Positions 1 to 10,181 of a DNA stretch of 64,000 nucleotides are shown here, piece after piece. Position 1 is the first letter of the stretch; every line of letters begins with the position of its first letter. The translations under genes and the position numbers were made by a program. Origin of the DNA: Bdellovibrio sp. (lineage in GTDB: Bacteria; Bdellovibrionota; Bdellovibrionia; Bdellovibrionales; Bdellovibrionaceae); the NCBI GenBank assembly GCA_046318155.1, contig JBKCUU010000019.1:24634-88633 (forward strand), written 5' to 3'. The notes beneath the pieces were generated by a model. It worked only from the letters and a program-made list of their open reading frames with translations. It did no database searches and had not been told where the DNA came from.

Positions 1-924
1 ATGGTTCGTGAACTCAATGAAAAAGGCGAAAAGGTCATCGTCGTTGTCGATACCGTTTCTTTGTCTGAACGCTCAATCCCTTTACAAGGCACGGCCTACT
101 CGCGATTTCTGCTTCGCGATCAGCTCTGGGATTTTTTAGCCACGCCCGAGGCCAAGGCCCAAGTCAAATGGGTCGTCCACATGGGCGCGAATTCCTCGAC
201 GACCGAAAAAGACTGGGACCATTTGCTCGCTGTGAACACTCACTACACTCAACGCCTTTTTGAGTGGTGCACCGAGCATCAAAAACCCATGACCTACGCC
301 TCATCGGCAGCCACCTATGGTGCCGGTGAACTGGGTTATGACGATACGACAGACTCTGAAAAACTAAAGCCCCTCAACTTGTACGGCGAATCTAAAGTGA
401 TATTTGACCGCTGGGCTCTCAAACAAAAGGCAACGCCGCCGCATTGGTACGGTCTCAAATTTTTCAACGTTTATGGCCCTGGCGAATCGCACAAGGGCCC
501 TATGTCTTCGATTGCTTTCAAGGCCTTTCACCAAATCAAAGACAACGGACAACTTGAGCTCTTCAAGTCTTATGTTCCAAAGTATGGCGACGGCGAGCAA
601 ATGCGTGATTTCATTTACGTCAAAGAAGTCACCGCTTGGATGTGGGAACTGACCCAGAAAAAACCCAAATCCGATGTTTACAATATGGGGAGCGGCAAAG
701 CCCGATCGTGGCTGGATTTAGCTCGCGCCGTTTTTTCGGCGATGGAGAGGCCTGAAAAAATTCGTTTTATCGAAATGCCCGAGAATTTAAAAGGTCAGTA
801 CCAGTACTTTACCGAAGCAAAAATGCAAAAGTGGACTCAAAATGGAATGTCTGCTCCCCGTTGGACGCTTGAGGATGGCGTCCGCGATTATGTCCGTCAT
901 CACCTCATGCGGAGCCATGCATGA
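1..924 (+). CDS. hldD: ADP-L-glycero-D-manno-heptose 6-epimerase (5' end lies outside the window)
   Basis: Extended SDR motifs: HMGANSSTTE, YASSAATYG, PLNLYGESK (YxxxK), FFNVYGP, RDFIYV, YQYFTEA. The N-terminal GxxGxxG is missing, so the gene starts upstream. Confidence 0.92.
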   Translation: MVRELNEKGEKVIVVVDTVSLSERSIPLQGTAYSRFLLRDQLWDFLATPEAKAQVKWVVHMGANSSTTEKDWDHLLAVNTHYTQRLFEWCTEHQKPMTYASSAATYGAGELGYDDTTDSEKLKPLNLYGESKVIFDRWALKQKATPPHWYGLKFFNVYGPGESHKGPMSSIAFKAFHQIKDNGQLELFKSYVPKYGDGEQMRDFIYVKEVTAWMWELTQKKPKSDVYNMGSGKARSWLDLARAVFSAMERPEKIRFIEMPENLKGQYQYFTEAKMQKWTQNGMSAPRWTLEDGVRDYVRHHLMRSHA

Positions 925-2657
925 GCGTGACTCTGCCCGCGCACTTACGCAAGTACGTCGTCGCTCAAGATTACGACAAGTACACACCGATGGATCAGGC
1001 GGTTTGGCGTTTCATCTTACGCCAACTGCGCGCCTTTTTAAGAACTCACGCTCACGAATCTTATTTGGACGGGCTGGAAAAGACAGGCATCGAAGTCGAG
1101 CGCATCCCGCGCATCAGCGAGATCTCCGAGAAAATCTCAAAGTTCGGATGGCACGCACTTCCGGTCAGTGGGTTTATTCCGCCAGCGGCCTTCATGGAGC
1201 TTCAAGCCTTGGGTGTTCTCCCCATTGCCTCTGACTTAAGAACTTTAGAACACCTTCTTTACACGCCGGCGCCAGATATTGTGCACGAGGCAGCGGGGCA
1301 CGCTCCGATTTTGATCAATCCCGAATTTGCTCAGTACTTAAAAGAATATGCACAGGTTGCTCGCAAAGCAATCATCTCGCGCGAAGACCTCGATTTGTAC
1401 GAAGCCATTCGCGAGCTATCTGACATCAAAGAAAACCCAGACTCAACAGAAGAGCAGATCTCGGCCGCTCAAAACCATCTCGATCAAGTCTCAGCAGCGG
1501 CTACTCATGTCTCTGAGGCGGCCGAACTTTCGCGGATGAATTGGTGGACGGCTGAATACGGACTGATCGGTAGTCTTGAGAATCCAAAACTATTTGGCGC
1601 TGGTTTATTGTCTTCAGTCGGTGAAGCACGGCTGTGCCTCAGCGCAAAAGTTAAAAAACTCCCACTCACGGTGGATTGTATCAAACAAAGTTACGATATT
1701 ACAGAGCAACAACCACAACTCTTCGTGACTCCTGATTTTAAAACGCTTTCAAAAGTTCTTGAAGAAATGGCTCAGACGATGGCTTATAGCCAAGGCGGAC
1801 TTAGCGGTTTGAAAAAAGCACTCCTCGCAAAAACGGTAAATACATCCGAATGGAGCTCAGGACTCCAAGTCAGTGGTGAACTCGCCTCGGTGACGGAATC
1901 TCCTGTCGGAACGCCCGCGTATTTAAGATTTCAGGGCCCTTGCCAATTGTCTTATGAGGAAGAAGAAATCAATCGCCATGACAAGACATACCACTCGCAA
2001 GGGTTTGGTTCTCCCGTCGGTTTACTCAAAAATCACACCAGATGCTTGTCGACGTGGGATGACCAAGAGTTGATGGCCTACGGCTTTTTGCCAGGGCGTG
2101 ATTTGGTTTTGGATTTTGTTTCAGGTGTTCGAGTGGAGGGGATTTTTACATCGGTGCTGCGCCGAGATTCAAAAAATATTTTGATGACGTTTCAGAAGTG
2201 TTCGGTGACTTGGGGTAGCCAGCGCTTGTTCGAACCCAGCTGGGGTAACTATGACATGGCTGTCGGCGCAAAAATCGATTCGGTTTTTGGTGGCCCCGCC
2301 GACCGCGCCGCTTATGGTGAAACCGATGATTTTGTTGCCGTCCAGATCCCGAAGCGCCAGTTTTCCGACATTCAAAAACTGCAGCACGGTCAGTATCAAA
2401 AACTGAGAGCCTTGCGCGAAGCAAACGCCACGGGCACAGCTCTCGAGATGGGCTTACAACCGCTTTTGCGCCGGCATGATCAGAGTTTTGCCGATGACTG
2501 GCTCTTTCGAATTGAAGCCTTAGAACTTGTGCTGAGCCGCCAAGGCTCAAGGCCCCTTGAAGCCAAGCTCCGAGCCGATCTCGAAATGATTCAAGGTCGC
2601 AGACCTCATGAAAAAGACATTATTGCCGATGGTGTTTCGCTGGCGTCTCAGTTATAA
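921..2657 (+). CDS. phhA: Phenylalanine 4-hydroxylase, long form with C-terminal extension
   Basis: YTPAPDIVHEAAGHAP (two His iron ligands), WWTAEYGL (Glu ligand), GAGLLSS, YDIT..QPQLFV. ATGA overlap with hldD. Confidence 0.9.
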   Translation: MSVTLPAHLRKYVVAQDYDKYTPMDQAVWRFILRQLRAFLRTHAHESYLDGLEKTGIEVERIPRISEISEKISKFGWHALPVSGFIPPAAFMELQALGVLPIASDLRTLEHLLYTPAPDIVHEAAGHAPILINPEFAQYLKEYAQVARKAIISREDLDLYEAIRELSDIKENPDSTEEQISAAQNHLDQVSAAATHVSEAAELSRMNWWTAEYGLIGSLENPKLFGAGLLSSVGEARLCLSAKVKKLPLTVDCIKQSYDITEQQPQLFVTPDFKTLSKVLEEMAQTMAYSQGGLSGLKKALLAKTVNTSEWSSGLQVSGELASVTESPVGTPAYLRFQGPCQLSYEEEEINRHDKTYHSQGFGSPVGLLKNHTRCLSTWDDQELMAYGFLPGRDLVLDFVSGVRVEGIFTSVLRRDSKNILMTFQKCSVTWGSQRLFEPSWGNYDMAVGAKIDSVFGGPADRAAYGETDDFVAVQIPKRQFSDIQKLQHGQYQKLRALREANATGTALEMGLQPLLRRHDQSFADDWLFRIEALELVLSRQGSRPLEAKLRADLEMIQGRRPHEKDIIADGVSLASQL

Positions 2658-2666
2658 GAGCTGCCT

Positions 2667-3470
2667 ATGATCCAGCGCCCGATCCGCCCCAAGGTTGTTC
2701 TTGTCCGCAGTCTTTATGACTCGAATATCGGCGCGAGCTCACGCGCCATGGCCAACATGGGCGTTGACGAACTGATCTTGATCGCTCCCCAATGTGAGAT
2801 CACCTATGCGGCTCAGCAAGCCGCGGCGACCGGCCAGACGGCCTTACAAACTCGCCGCGTGTACGCCTCGTGGGATGAGTTTTTTGAACGTGAACCCGAA
2901 GGTTTGCGTATTGCCCTCACCGCCCGCGATGGACAGCGCCGCTTGGTCCAAGACTTGGGCATGGCCCTTAAAGACATTGCGACCGAGGATCCTCGCTGGC
3001 AGCGAGCCGATGGCGAAACCATCCCCGTTTATTTTATTTTTGGTCCCGAAGATTGGGGCCTATCGGCCGAAGATCTTGAGCTCGTTCATCATGCGGCCTC
3101 GATCCCGACCTTTGGCAAAAATCCAAGTCTCAACCTCGCTCAAGCGGTTTTACTGGCCTTGTACCAGCTGCGCCTCAGTTGGGGCGGCGAGCGGTTCTCG
3201 CTCGAGGCCCGTGGAGCCGAAACAAAGTTTCATGGCCGCGAAGAAACGTTTCCAGAACAAACCTTACGCGATTTCTTAATTGCCATGGGTTTTGATGTCG
3301 AGAAACGACGGATCAATGTCTATACGGTTCTTCGCCGTATGCTGCTGCGAACTTTTCCCACAACAAAAGAACTCAAAATCTTAGAAGTCGTCTTTCAGCA
3401 AGGCACCCGCAAACTGAAAGAACGCAAAGAGCTCAAGACCCGATTGCTCTCTTTCGAGAAACGTGATTAA
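2667..3470 (+). CDS. SPOUT RNA methyltransferase, TrmJ/LasT family
   Basis: NIGASSRAMANMG, FGPEDWGLS, PSLNLAQAV motifs. Confidence 0.88.
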   Translation: MIQRPIRPKVVLVRSLYDSNIGASSRAMANMGVDELILIAPQCEITYAAQQAAATGQTALQTRRVYASWDEFFEREPEGLRIALTARDGQRRLVQDLGMALKDIATEDPRWQRADGETIPVYFIFGPEDWGLSAEDLELVHHAASIPTFGKNPSLNLAQAVLLALYQLRLSWGGERFSLEARGAETKFHGREETFPEQTLRDFLIAMGFDVEKRRINVYTVLRRMLLRTFPTTKELKILEVVFQQGTRKLKERKELKTRLLSFEKRD

Positions 3471-3531
3471 AATTTTAGCCAATTTTTAGCATGAAAATTT
3501 AGTTTAAATCCTCGAGCTCTGGAGGCGATCT

Positions 3532-4569
3532 ATGGATCAATTGAAATCTATTTGCGCAGGAGTTTTATCGATGGCAGCCGTCGGTTGCGTTTCGAGTGGC
3601 AATCCCGTTGCACAGTCAGATCATTTCGACGGCAAAAAATTCTTCAATCCTGGTCATACGCACACCAAAGGTTTCTTATCGTTGCTGAAGTGGCAGCTCA
3701 CCAATGACAAAAAAAAGTGGCCCGAAAAGGTCGAAAACAAAACTTATCCCTTGCCAACGGGGCCTCTTGAGCGCGGCGAGATCCAGATCACGTTTGTCAA
3801 TCACTCCACACTTTTGGTTCGAACCGAATCTTTTAATTTTTTGACTGACCCCGTTTGGTCCGAACGCGTGAGCCCCTTTACTTGGGTGGGTCCTAAACGC
3901 GTGCGTTCCGCAGGACTTTCGATCGACCAGCTCCCCCCCATTCACGCCGTACTCGTGTCACACAACCATTACGATCACTTGGATGTCGGAACTCTCAAAA
4001 TTTTGGACAAAAAATTCAGACCCCAATTTTTTGTCCCCTTAGGTGATGGCAAATTGCTTCGAGAAAACGGCATCGACAACGTTGTCGAAATGGATTGGTG
4101 GCAAACCCACGAACTTCAAGACGCTAAAATTACGTTTATGCCTTCCATGCATTGGTCGGGACGCTGGCTGAACGACCGCTTTGACTGCCTGTGGGGTGCC
4201 TTTGGTGTCGAGATCCAGGGCAAACGAGTTTACTTTGCTGGCGATACGGGTTTTGCGGATCACTTCAAAACCACCCGGCAAAAATGGGGGGCTCCTGACA
4301 TTTCATTTTTGCCGATTGGCGCTTACGAGCCCCGTTGGTTTATGAAGGACTACCATATGAACCCGGCCGAAGCGGTTCAGGCGTTTCAAGATCTTGAAAG
4401 CAAGCGAGCCATCGGAATTCACCAAGGAACCTTTCAGCTGACCGACGAAGGCATTGACGAACCAACCCTTCACCTCCAAGACGCACGCCAAGCCCAAGGC
4501 ATCCCGCCCGAGGCCTTTCGGGTCTTGGACCAGGGTGAAACTTGGATTCTCAAGAAAGCAGACTTCTAA
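3532..4569 (+). CDS. MBL-fold metallo-hydrolase (NAPE-PLD/RomA-like), probable lipoprotein
   Basis: SHNHYDH (HxHxDH), LTDPVWS, FAGDTG, LPIGAYEP, HMNP; lipobox-like AVGC. Confidence 0.88.
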   Translation: MDQLKSICAGVLSMAAVGCVSSGNPVAQSDHFDGKKFFNPGHTHTKGFLSLLKWQLTNDKKKWPEKVENKTYPLPTGPLERGEIQITFVNHSTLLVRTESFNFLTDPVWSERVSPFTWVGPKRVRSAGLSIDQLPPIHAVLVSHNHYDHLDVGTLKILDKKFRPQFFVPLGDGKLLRENGIDNVVEMDWWQTHELQDAKITFMPSMHWSGRWLNDRFDCLWGAFGVEIQGKRVYFAGDTGFADHFKTTRQKWGAPDISFLPIGAYEPRWFMKDYHMNPAEAVQAFQDLESKRAIGIHQGTFQLTDEGIDEPTLHLQDARQAQGIPPEAFRVLDQGETWILKKADF

Positions 4570-4609
4570 AATTTTTTGGGGCTGGGCATTTTTTGACAAA
4601 GCCCAGCAA

Positions 4610-5053
4610 TCAGGCCAAGCCTTTGCGAAGGCGGTCTTCTGAGCGTCTGGCTAATTTCAGTTTTTCGTTCAACCTCGTCAGCTCTTGACTCATGTTATGG
4701 CCCAAATCGCTCAGCGTATTGAGGCGCTGGACGACCTCTTCGACGTCGCCGCCGACTAGCCGCAGACTTTCGAGCTTCACCGAGTTGAGGTCGATCTCTT
4801 TTTGAATGCTCTCAAGTTTTTGATTGAGCTTCTTGCGGTCGTGGCTCAGGACTCGGGTGAGTTCTCGAAGCTGATCGGATGATAAAGCCTCGAGCCGTCC
4901 GGTCACGAACGCATCGGGTTCAGCCTCAGCTTCATCGTCACCGACCAAGCCTTGCCAGAACATTTGCCAATCAGTTTTGAGGGATTGCAGCAAAGAATTT
5001 TCAGAATTTCTTGAAGACCTTGTTTGCCTTCTACTATGACCGTCGTCGCCCAT
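4610..5053 (-). CDS. Hypothetical coiled-coil protein
   Basis: 147-aa ORF with a heptad-rich C-terminal half; TATAAT 7 nt upstream of the ATG. Confidence 0.7.
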   Translation of the reverse strand: MGDDGHSRRQTRSSRNSENSLLQSLKTDWQMFWQGLVGDDEAEAEPDAFVTGRLEALSSDQLRELTRVLSHDRKKLNQKLESIQKEIDLNSVKLESLRLVGGDVEEVVQRLNTLSDLGHNMSQELTRLNEKLKLARRSEDRLRKGLA

Positions 5054-5166
5054 ACCCTAGATTATAGCTGATCTTGTTTAAGGAAACAGGTCAATGCTGC
5101 GTCGCATTTAAAGTCTTTACCAAAACTTGTAGGATCACTTTCAGATCATAGAATGCTGAATTATTT

Positions 5167-6360
5167 TCATGTCTTAGAAGTCGTCATCCGGCCTGTCGTC
5201 AAGTGATCGGGTCCTAATGCAAGGTGCCTGACCGCGGCCAAAGTCTGGCGGTCTTTCATGTTTTCACGTCCCCAGGACTCGGTCCAAGACTTTCCGTGGC
5301 GTGCACCTAAAAGATGCGGCCCCTGAAAGAGCCATAAGCGATCCCCTAAACCGGCCGCGAGGGCGGAACTCAAAGTTTGAGCGCCGCCTTCAATCCAAAC
5401 CGATCGGATTTGCTTCTCCCAGAGGGCAGCAAGGCCCTTGCGCAAATACTCGCTCGCTGATTTTTGCTCATCGACGATTATAACTTGCGCCAGACTGGAG
5501 GATTCTTGCGAGGCGCCGGGCCCTGCGATCACCCAAATGTTTTGCGGCGAATGTGTTTTGAACAACTGCAGTTCGGGTCGACTTAAAATCTCGGCCTTTG
5601 AATCCAAAACCACCACGTGGCGAGAAAGGCCCGCAAAAGGCGTGTCCCTCGCATCGAGCTTGGGGTTGTCTTTAAGAACGGTTTGTTTGCCTACCAAACA
5701 GGCGTCGTGAGCTCCTCGCAAGAAGCGGGCAAAATGGCGAGACGCTTCTGAGGTCAGCCATTGGCTCTGCCCATTGCGAAGTCCCATCATGCCGTCAAGT
5801 GAGGTCGCAACTTTTAAAGAAACGAACGGACGTTTTTGCGTGAAATTCACCAAAAAGAATTCACAGATGGCGCGAGCGGTTTCAACCAAAGGTTCGAATG
5901 CAGACCCTTCGGCTTCGAGACACCTGACTTTTTTGCCCGCATTTTTTAAAATTTCGAAGCCTTGTCCCGAAACCAGGGGGTTGGGATCTTGCAAGATGGC
6001 GATGATTTCGGCCACCTCGGTAGCAGCTAACGTTTTCGCACACGCGGGAGTTCGTCCTTCGTGCGCGCAGGGCTCAAGCGTAACAAAAACGCGGGCTCCG
6101 CGCAATTCGGCGGGTGAATGAACCCCGGCCAAAGCCAAAACTTCAGCATGACCTTCTCCAGCTCTGTGATGGTAGCCCATACTCACAAATTCATTTCTTG
6201 AATTGAGGATGACGCAGCCAACGGCTGGATTGGGCGACGTGAAGCCGTAGCCTTCGAACGCCTGTTGAAGTGCCATTTGCAGCGCCTCTGCATCCGTCAT
6301 TGGCTGTCCCCTTGCGGGTGGCTTTAACAGCCCGTCAAAAAACAAGTGCAGCCAATCCAA
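5167..6360 (-). CDS. ribD: Bifunctional riboflavin deaminase/reductase (start could be the ATG at 6300)
   Basis: SPNPAVGC, HAE, TLEPCAHEGRTPAC deaminase motifs; SLDG, DNPKL, IEGG reductase motifs. Confidence 0.95.
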   Translation of the reverse strand: MDWLHLFFDGLLKPPARGQPMTDAEALQMALQQAFEGYGFTSPNPAVGCVILNSRNEFVSMGYHHRAGEGHAEVLALAGVHSPAELRGARVFVTLEPCAHEGRTPACAKTLAATEVAEIIAILQDPNPLVSGQGFEILKNAGKKVRCLEAEGSAFEPLVETARAICEFFLVNFTQKRPFVSLKVATSLDGMMGLRNGQSQWLTSEASRHFARFLRGAHDACLVGKQTVLKDNPKLDARDTPFAGLSRHVVVLDSKAEILSRPELQLFKTHSPQNIWVIAGPGASQESSSLAQVIIVDEQKSASEYLRKGLAALWEKQIRSVWIEGGAQTLSSALAAGLGDRLWLFQGPHLLGARHGKSWTESWGRENMKDRQTLAAVRHLALGPDHLTTGRMTTSKT

Positions 6361-6378
6361 GCGAGAACCCTTCTGAAG

Positions 6379-7485
6379 TTATTTGCTCCAGCTTTGCCAG
6401 TATTCAGGAACTTCGACTTTTGCAAACTCAGGATCGATATTCAATTTCTGAAAAGAGTCGATCATCACCGCCACTTCATCCGTATGAGTTTTGGTGCTGA
6501 CATTCTTGATCGCCTTGGGATGAGGACCGTGCGGAAAACCCGCGGGATGAAGGGTCATCATGCCTGCGTGCAAGTTGTCGCGCGAGAAGAAGTTGCCATC
6601 ATGATAAAACAGAACCTCATCGTAATCGATATTCTGATGGTAAAACGGAACTTTCAGCGCATCTGCATCTGTCTCCAGAGGCCTAGGCAAAAACGTGCAA
6701 ATCACAAAGCCATTTGCGGCAAAGGTCGTGTGGGCCGAAGGAGGCAAGTGAACACGCGCGCTCACCATCGGCATCAAGTTGTCGATGTGCAAAGTAAACG
6801 GAAAGAAATCACCCTTCCAGCCAGCGGTATCAAAGTAACAACCACCGTAACTAAACTTTGTGAACTCATCACTGCGCTTAACCAAAACATTCGTCACGTT
6901 GGTGTTTGTCGCCGTTTTGAGGGCGTGCATCGCTTCGAGGTCTGGCGTCCCAAGGGAGGCCAAGTCGTAAAAAGCATTTCGTCCGACCATTCCGCGCTCA
7001 GGCTCGCGGTACATCGAGGTGCGGTTCTCGATCACCAAAAATTGTGTGTCTTCTTCGAACAGAAAAGAATGCGTCGTACACTTGGGCAGCATGACGTAAG
7101 AGCCAGCTTTGAAGGTCAGCAGACCAAACTCAGTAAAGATTTTGCCTGCACCCTTGTGGCAAAAATAAAGAGTTTCGCCGTCGGCATTGCGAAAGGCATG
7201 GGTCATTGCCTTGTCCGTTCGCTTATCGAAATAGTTGTAGATGACAACGTCCGAGTTGAAAAACATGCGCTGCCAGGCGCCCCAGATTTTTGGCATCTTC
7301 ACGCCATCATAAAGGTGAGGACGCAGCGGCCCTTCGATGTTGGTCCAACGGGTTGAGGCCTCGGGCTTAATGATGTGAGAGACCGGACCAAAAAAACCTT
7401 TTCTGCCCTGCTCTTCTTCATAATAGCCCTCAGGGATCCCCTTATGACCTTGAGTCGTGTACTTGCCTTGCGAATACTGAAACAT
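6379..7485 (-). CDS. hmgA: Homogentisate 1,2-dioxygenase
   Basis: RNADG, HLPPSAH, PFYHQNIDYDEVLFY, TLHPAGFPHGPHP. Confidence 0.93.
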   Translation of the reverse strand: MFQYSQGKYTTQGHKGIPEGYYEEEQGRKGFFGPVSHIIKPEASTRWTNIEGPLRPHLYDGVKMPKIWGAWQRMFFNSDVVIYNYFDKRTDKAMTHAFRNADGETLYFCHKGAGKIFTEFGLLTFKAGSYVMLPKCTTHSFLFEEDTQFLVIENRTSMYREPERGMVGRNAFYDLASLGTPDLEAMHALKTATNTNVTNVLVKRSDEFTKFSYGGCYFDTAGWKGDFFPFTLHIDNLMPMVSARVHLPPSAHTTFAANGFVICTFLPRPLETDADALKVPFYHQNIDYDEVLFYHDGNFFSRDNLHAGMMTLHPAGFPHGPHPKAIKNVSTKTHTDEVAVMIDSFQKLNIDPEFAKVEVPEYWQSWSK

Positions 7486-7494
7486 GATTGACCT

Positions 7495-7540
7495 CTATCG
7501 CCCCAGAGGGGCGTACTTTACTATCGCCCCAGAGGGGCGT
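7495..7540. repeat. Two exact 20-bp direct repeats, each a GC-rich hairpin (REP-like)
   Basis: CTATCGCCCCAGAGGGGCGT at 7495-7514 and 7521-7540; each contains CGCCCC-AGA-GGGGCG. Confidence 0.9.
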
Positions 7541-7554
7541 GCTTGAAAGAAAAC

Positions 7555-8616
7555 TTATGTTAAGTAGCCTCGCTCCCGCTGATCTGCTTCGATAGCATCG
7601 AACAAGGCCTGAAAGTTGCCGTTGCCAAAACCGTCATGACCCTTGCGCTGAATGACTTCAAAGAAAATAGGTCCGATGATATTTTTCGAAAAAATTTGCA
7701 GCAAATAACCATCGTGATCGCCATCTACCAAAATCGAGTTTTTCTCGAGCGTGGAGATATCTTCAGAAACCGCCGGAAGTCGATCTTTCAGCTGACGGTA
7801 ATAAGTACCGGGAGGAGACGGCAAGAAATCAAGCTTGTTCTCACGCAAAGCCATCAGTGTCTTTGTAATGTCATCGGTGAGCAAAGCCACGTGCTGAATT
7901 CCCGATCCTTTATACTCGTCCAAATACTCTTGGATTTGTGATTTACCGTCCGTCGGCTCGTTGATCGGAACAGCAAACAAACCACAGGGCGAACGCATGA
8001 CTTTTGAAATCAGGCCCGTGCTCTTGCCTTTGATGTCGAAGTACATGGTCTCGCGAAAGTTAAAAACTTTGGTGTAAAAATCGCACCACTTTTGCATTTC
8101 GCCTTTAGGAACATTGTTGGTGAAGTGATCCACGATCGTAAAACCCAAACCGCGAGGAGCCGCGTCTTCGGGTTTTACTTTGAAAATCTCATTGTCGAAT
8201 TTTTTTGAAGCCGACTCGTCCATGAAATAAACAATCGAGTCACCGATCCCATAAATAGCCCACTCGGGCGCCCAAGCCGAGTCGACACCCGATGGTTTAA
8301 ACGGTTTCCCGCCGCGTTTAACGGCTAAATCGTAGGCGGCTTTTGCGTTCTTCACTTTAAAACCGGTTGAGCAAATGGCGGGACCGTGCGCTTTGGCAAA
8401 TTGCAAGGCAAAGCTTCCGGGTTCGCTGTTGATCACAAAATTGATGTGTCCTTGGCGGTAAAGGCTGATTTTTTTCCCTGCAATCTCGCCGACTCTTTTA
8501 AAACCATAAGCGACAAACAATTTTTCGAAATAGACGGAATCAGGTCCGGCGTATTCGACAAAATCGACGCCTTTCAGTCCCATTGGATTTGCAGTTTCAC
8601 CAGCGACTTGTGCCAT
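7555..8616 (-). CDS. hppD: 4-hydroxyphenylpyruvate dioxygenase
   Basis: VDHFTNNV, SQIQEYL, GIQHVAL, LLQIFS, FFEVIQRKGHDGFGNGNFQALF. Confidence 0.96.
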   Translation of the reverse strand: MAQVAGETANPMGLKGVDFVEYAGPDSVYFEKLFVAYGFKRVGEIAGKKISLYRQGHINFVINSEPGSFALQFAKAHGPAICSTGFKVKNAKAAYDLAVKRGGKPFKPSGVDSAWAPEWAIYGIGDSIVYFMDESASKKFDNEIFKVKPEDAAPRGLGFTIVDHFTNNVPKGEMQKWCDFYTKVFNFRETMYFDIKGKSTGLISKVMRSPCGLFAVPINEPTDGKSQIQEYLDEYKGSGIQHVALLTDDITKTLMALRENKLDFLPSPPGTYYRQLKDRLPAVSEDISTLEKNSILVDGDHDGYLLQIFSKNIIGPIFFEVIQRKGHDGFGNGNFQALFDAIEADQRERGYLT

Positions 8617-8634
8617 GTCTTCTCCCGTTTAGGC

Positions 8635-9996
8635 TTAAAGCAAACTCTCTAGAGAGTTGTAGAAATTTACGACTTTGGGGTCAATCAGAAAGGACTTCGG
8701 ACTCCATCCCAAAAGCTTGAGACCTTGGCCTGATGAAAGACGGCTCAAGGCGACGTAAGCCTGTCCTGGTTCCCATAAGTGCGACAGGTTGACCCAAAGC
8801 TCATCCAGCGTGGCGCCTTGTGATTTATGGATCGTCGTCGCGTAGGCCAAGATCAGCGGAAACTGAATCACAGAGGCAACCACTTTACCCTCGGCGTCCA
8901 ACATCGAAAACTGCGTTTTTTCGACAGTCACATGACGAAAAGTCTCTTTTTCGACTGTGATTTTGTCGGGCAAGATTTCGACCACGGTTCCGCGTGTTCC
9001 GTTGACCCAACGTTTTTGTGGGTCATTTTGGATAAACATCACGCGGCAGCCGACTTTAAGCGTAAGGCGTGCGGGAACGGGCGAAGTTTTCTTAAGCATT
9101 TCAATTTGCCGGTCCAGACCAAGGTAGATTGCATCGGTATGAACTTCGGGGGCTTGAATCTCGGCCAGCTCGCGTTGATTAAAAATTTCGGATTGATCGC
9201 GGCGAGGAAAGAGCCGGATAGTTTTATCCTCTTGGTCGTGCTCACGCATTCTTGAATCCAAGTACTCACGAACTTTGGGCGTCACTTTTCCGTGGCGAAC
9301 ATCGGCGAGCACATCTAAAAATTCGCTTTCGCGAACGCGTTGATTGTGCTCAAGCCAGACTGCCTGAAAACCCGATTTGTCCCAGACCGGAGATAAGAAG
9401 GCCCAGTCACGTTGCCCCGTTCTCGTTACCGGCGGCAACTGCGCAAAGTCACCCACCATGATGACGCGCATCCCGCCCCAAGGCAGACTGGAGTCGCGCG
9501 CCGTGCGCGCCAGGCGCTCGGCTAAATCGAGCGCCACGCCCGGTATCATGGACACTTCATCCAAAATAAAACCTTCAACTTGAGCCAAGCGTTTACGAAT
9601 GCGCGGATCGTTCGCGGCGCGGTCGAAGGTTGCCTCGGCGCCCCCTTCCATAATCCCCAAGCCAAAAAACGAATGAAATGTTCGTCCCCCCAAGAGAACG
9701 GCAGCCGCCCCAGTTGAAGCAAGGATTGGAAAGACTTTGGAGTCCAAGTCGCGCATAAAATGGCGCAGTAAAAAACTTTTTCCCGAGCCGGCTCCGCCCG
9801 TCACAAAAACATTTTCACCGCTTTGAAGAATTTCGAGGGCCTTGGCCTGTTCGGGAGAAAGATCGGCGAGGTGCGCTTCTTTCTTTCGCCGCGCCTTGGG
9901 AGCAGTGGGATCTTTGATGTCCTCATCGTGATCACCGGCCAACTCTTCCAGATCCTGGCTGAAGCTTTTATCAAGAGGTCCATTTTTTAATTTCAA
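8635..9996 (-). CDS. PIF1-family SF1B DNA helicase
   Basis: TGGAGSGKS, TFHSFFG, DEVSM, GDFAQLPPV, VNGTRG, QFPLILAYATTIHKSQG, GQAYVALSR. Confidence 0.92.
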   Translation of the reverse strand: MKLKNGPLDKSFSQDLEELAGDHDEDIKDPTAPKARRKKEAHLADLSPEQAKALEILQSGENVFVTGGAGSGKSFLLRHFMRDLDSKVFPILASTGAAAVLLGGRTFHSFFGLGIMEGGAEATFDRAANDPRIRKRLAQVEGFILDEVSMIPGVALDLAERLARTARDSSLPWGGMRVIMVGDFAQLPPVTRTGQRDWAFLSPVWDKSGFQAVWLEHNQRVRESEFLDVLADVRHGKVTPKVREYLDSRMREHDQEDKTIRLFPRRDQSEIFNQRELAEIQAPEVHTDAIYLGLDRQIEMLKKTSPVPARLTLKVGCRVMFIQNDPQKRWVNGTRGTVVEILPDKITVEKETFRHVTVEKTQFSMLDAEGKVVASVIQFPLILAYATTIHKSQGATLDELWVNLSHLWEPGQAYVALSRLSSGQGLKLLGWSPKSFLIDPKVVNFYNSLESLL

Positions 9997-10181
9997 AGCG
10001 AACCCCTCCTCTTAACGCACATGCGCCACTCATATGTAGCAGCTTCAACTTGGTTATCAACCGAGAAAAACCTGAGTGATTAAACGCATCTAATGCCAAG
10101 CAACAAGACTTCTTGCTGCCTGCCACCGAAACGAGCGTGCTACACTGCCCTGCAGTTCAGTTTGGTTGCAGGAGGCGATGT

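Noticed and set aside
4581..4607. GCTGGGC/GCCCAGC hairpin as an intrinsic terminator
   Set aside because: No U-tract follows on either strand; it may still be a 3' stabilising stem.
6360..6379. FMN riboswitch ahead of ribD
   Set aside because: Only 18 bp of intergenic space.
6346..7356. 336-aa plus-strand ORF
   Set aside because: Antisense shadow of hmgA with no recognisable motifs. The same applies to most short overlapping ORFs in the track, e.g. 11225-11935.
7495..7540. Direct repeats as a mini-CRISPR
   Set aside because: Only two 20-bp copies with a 6-bp spacer, and no cas genes in the window.
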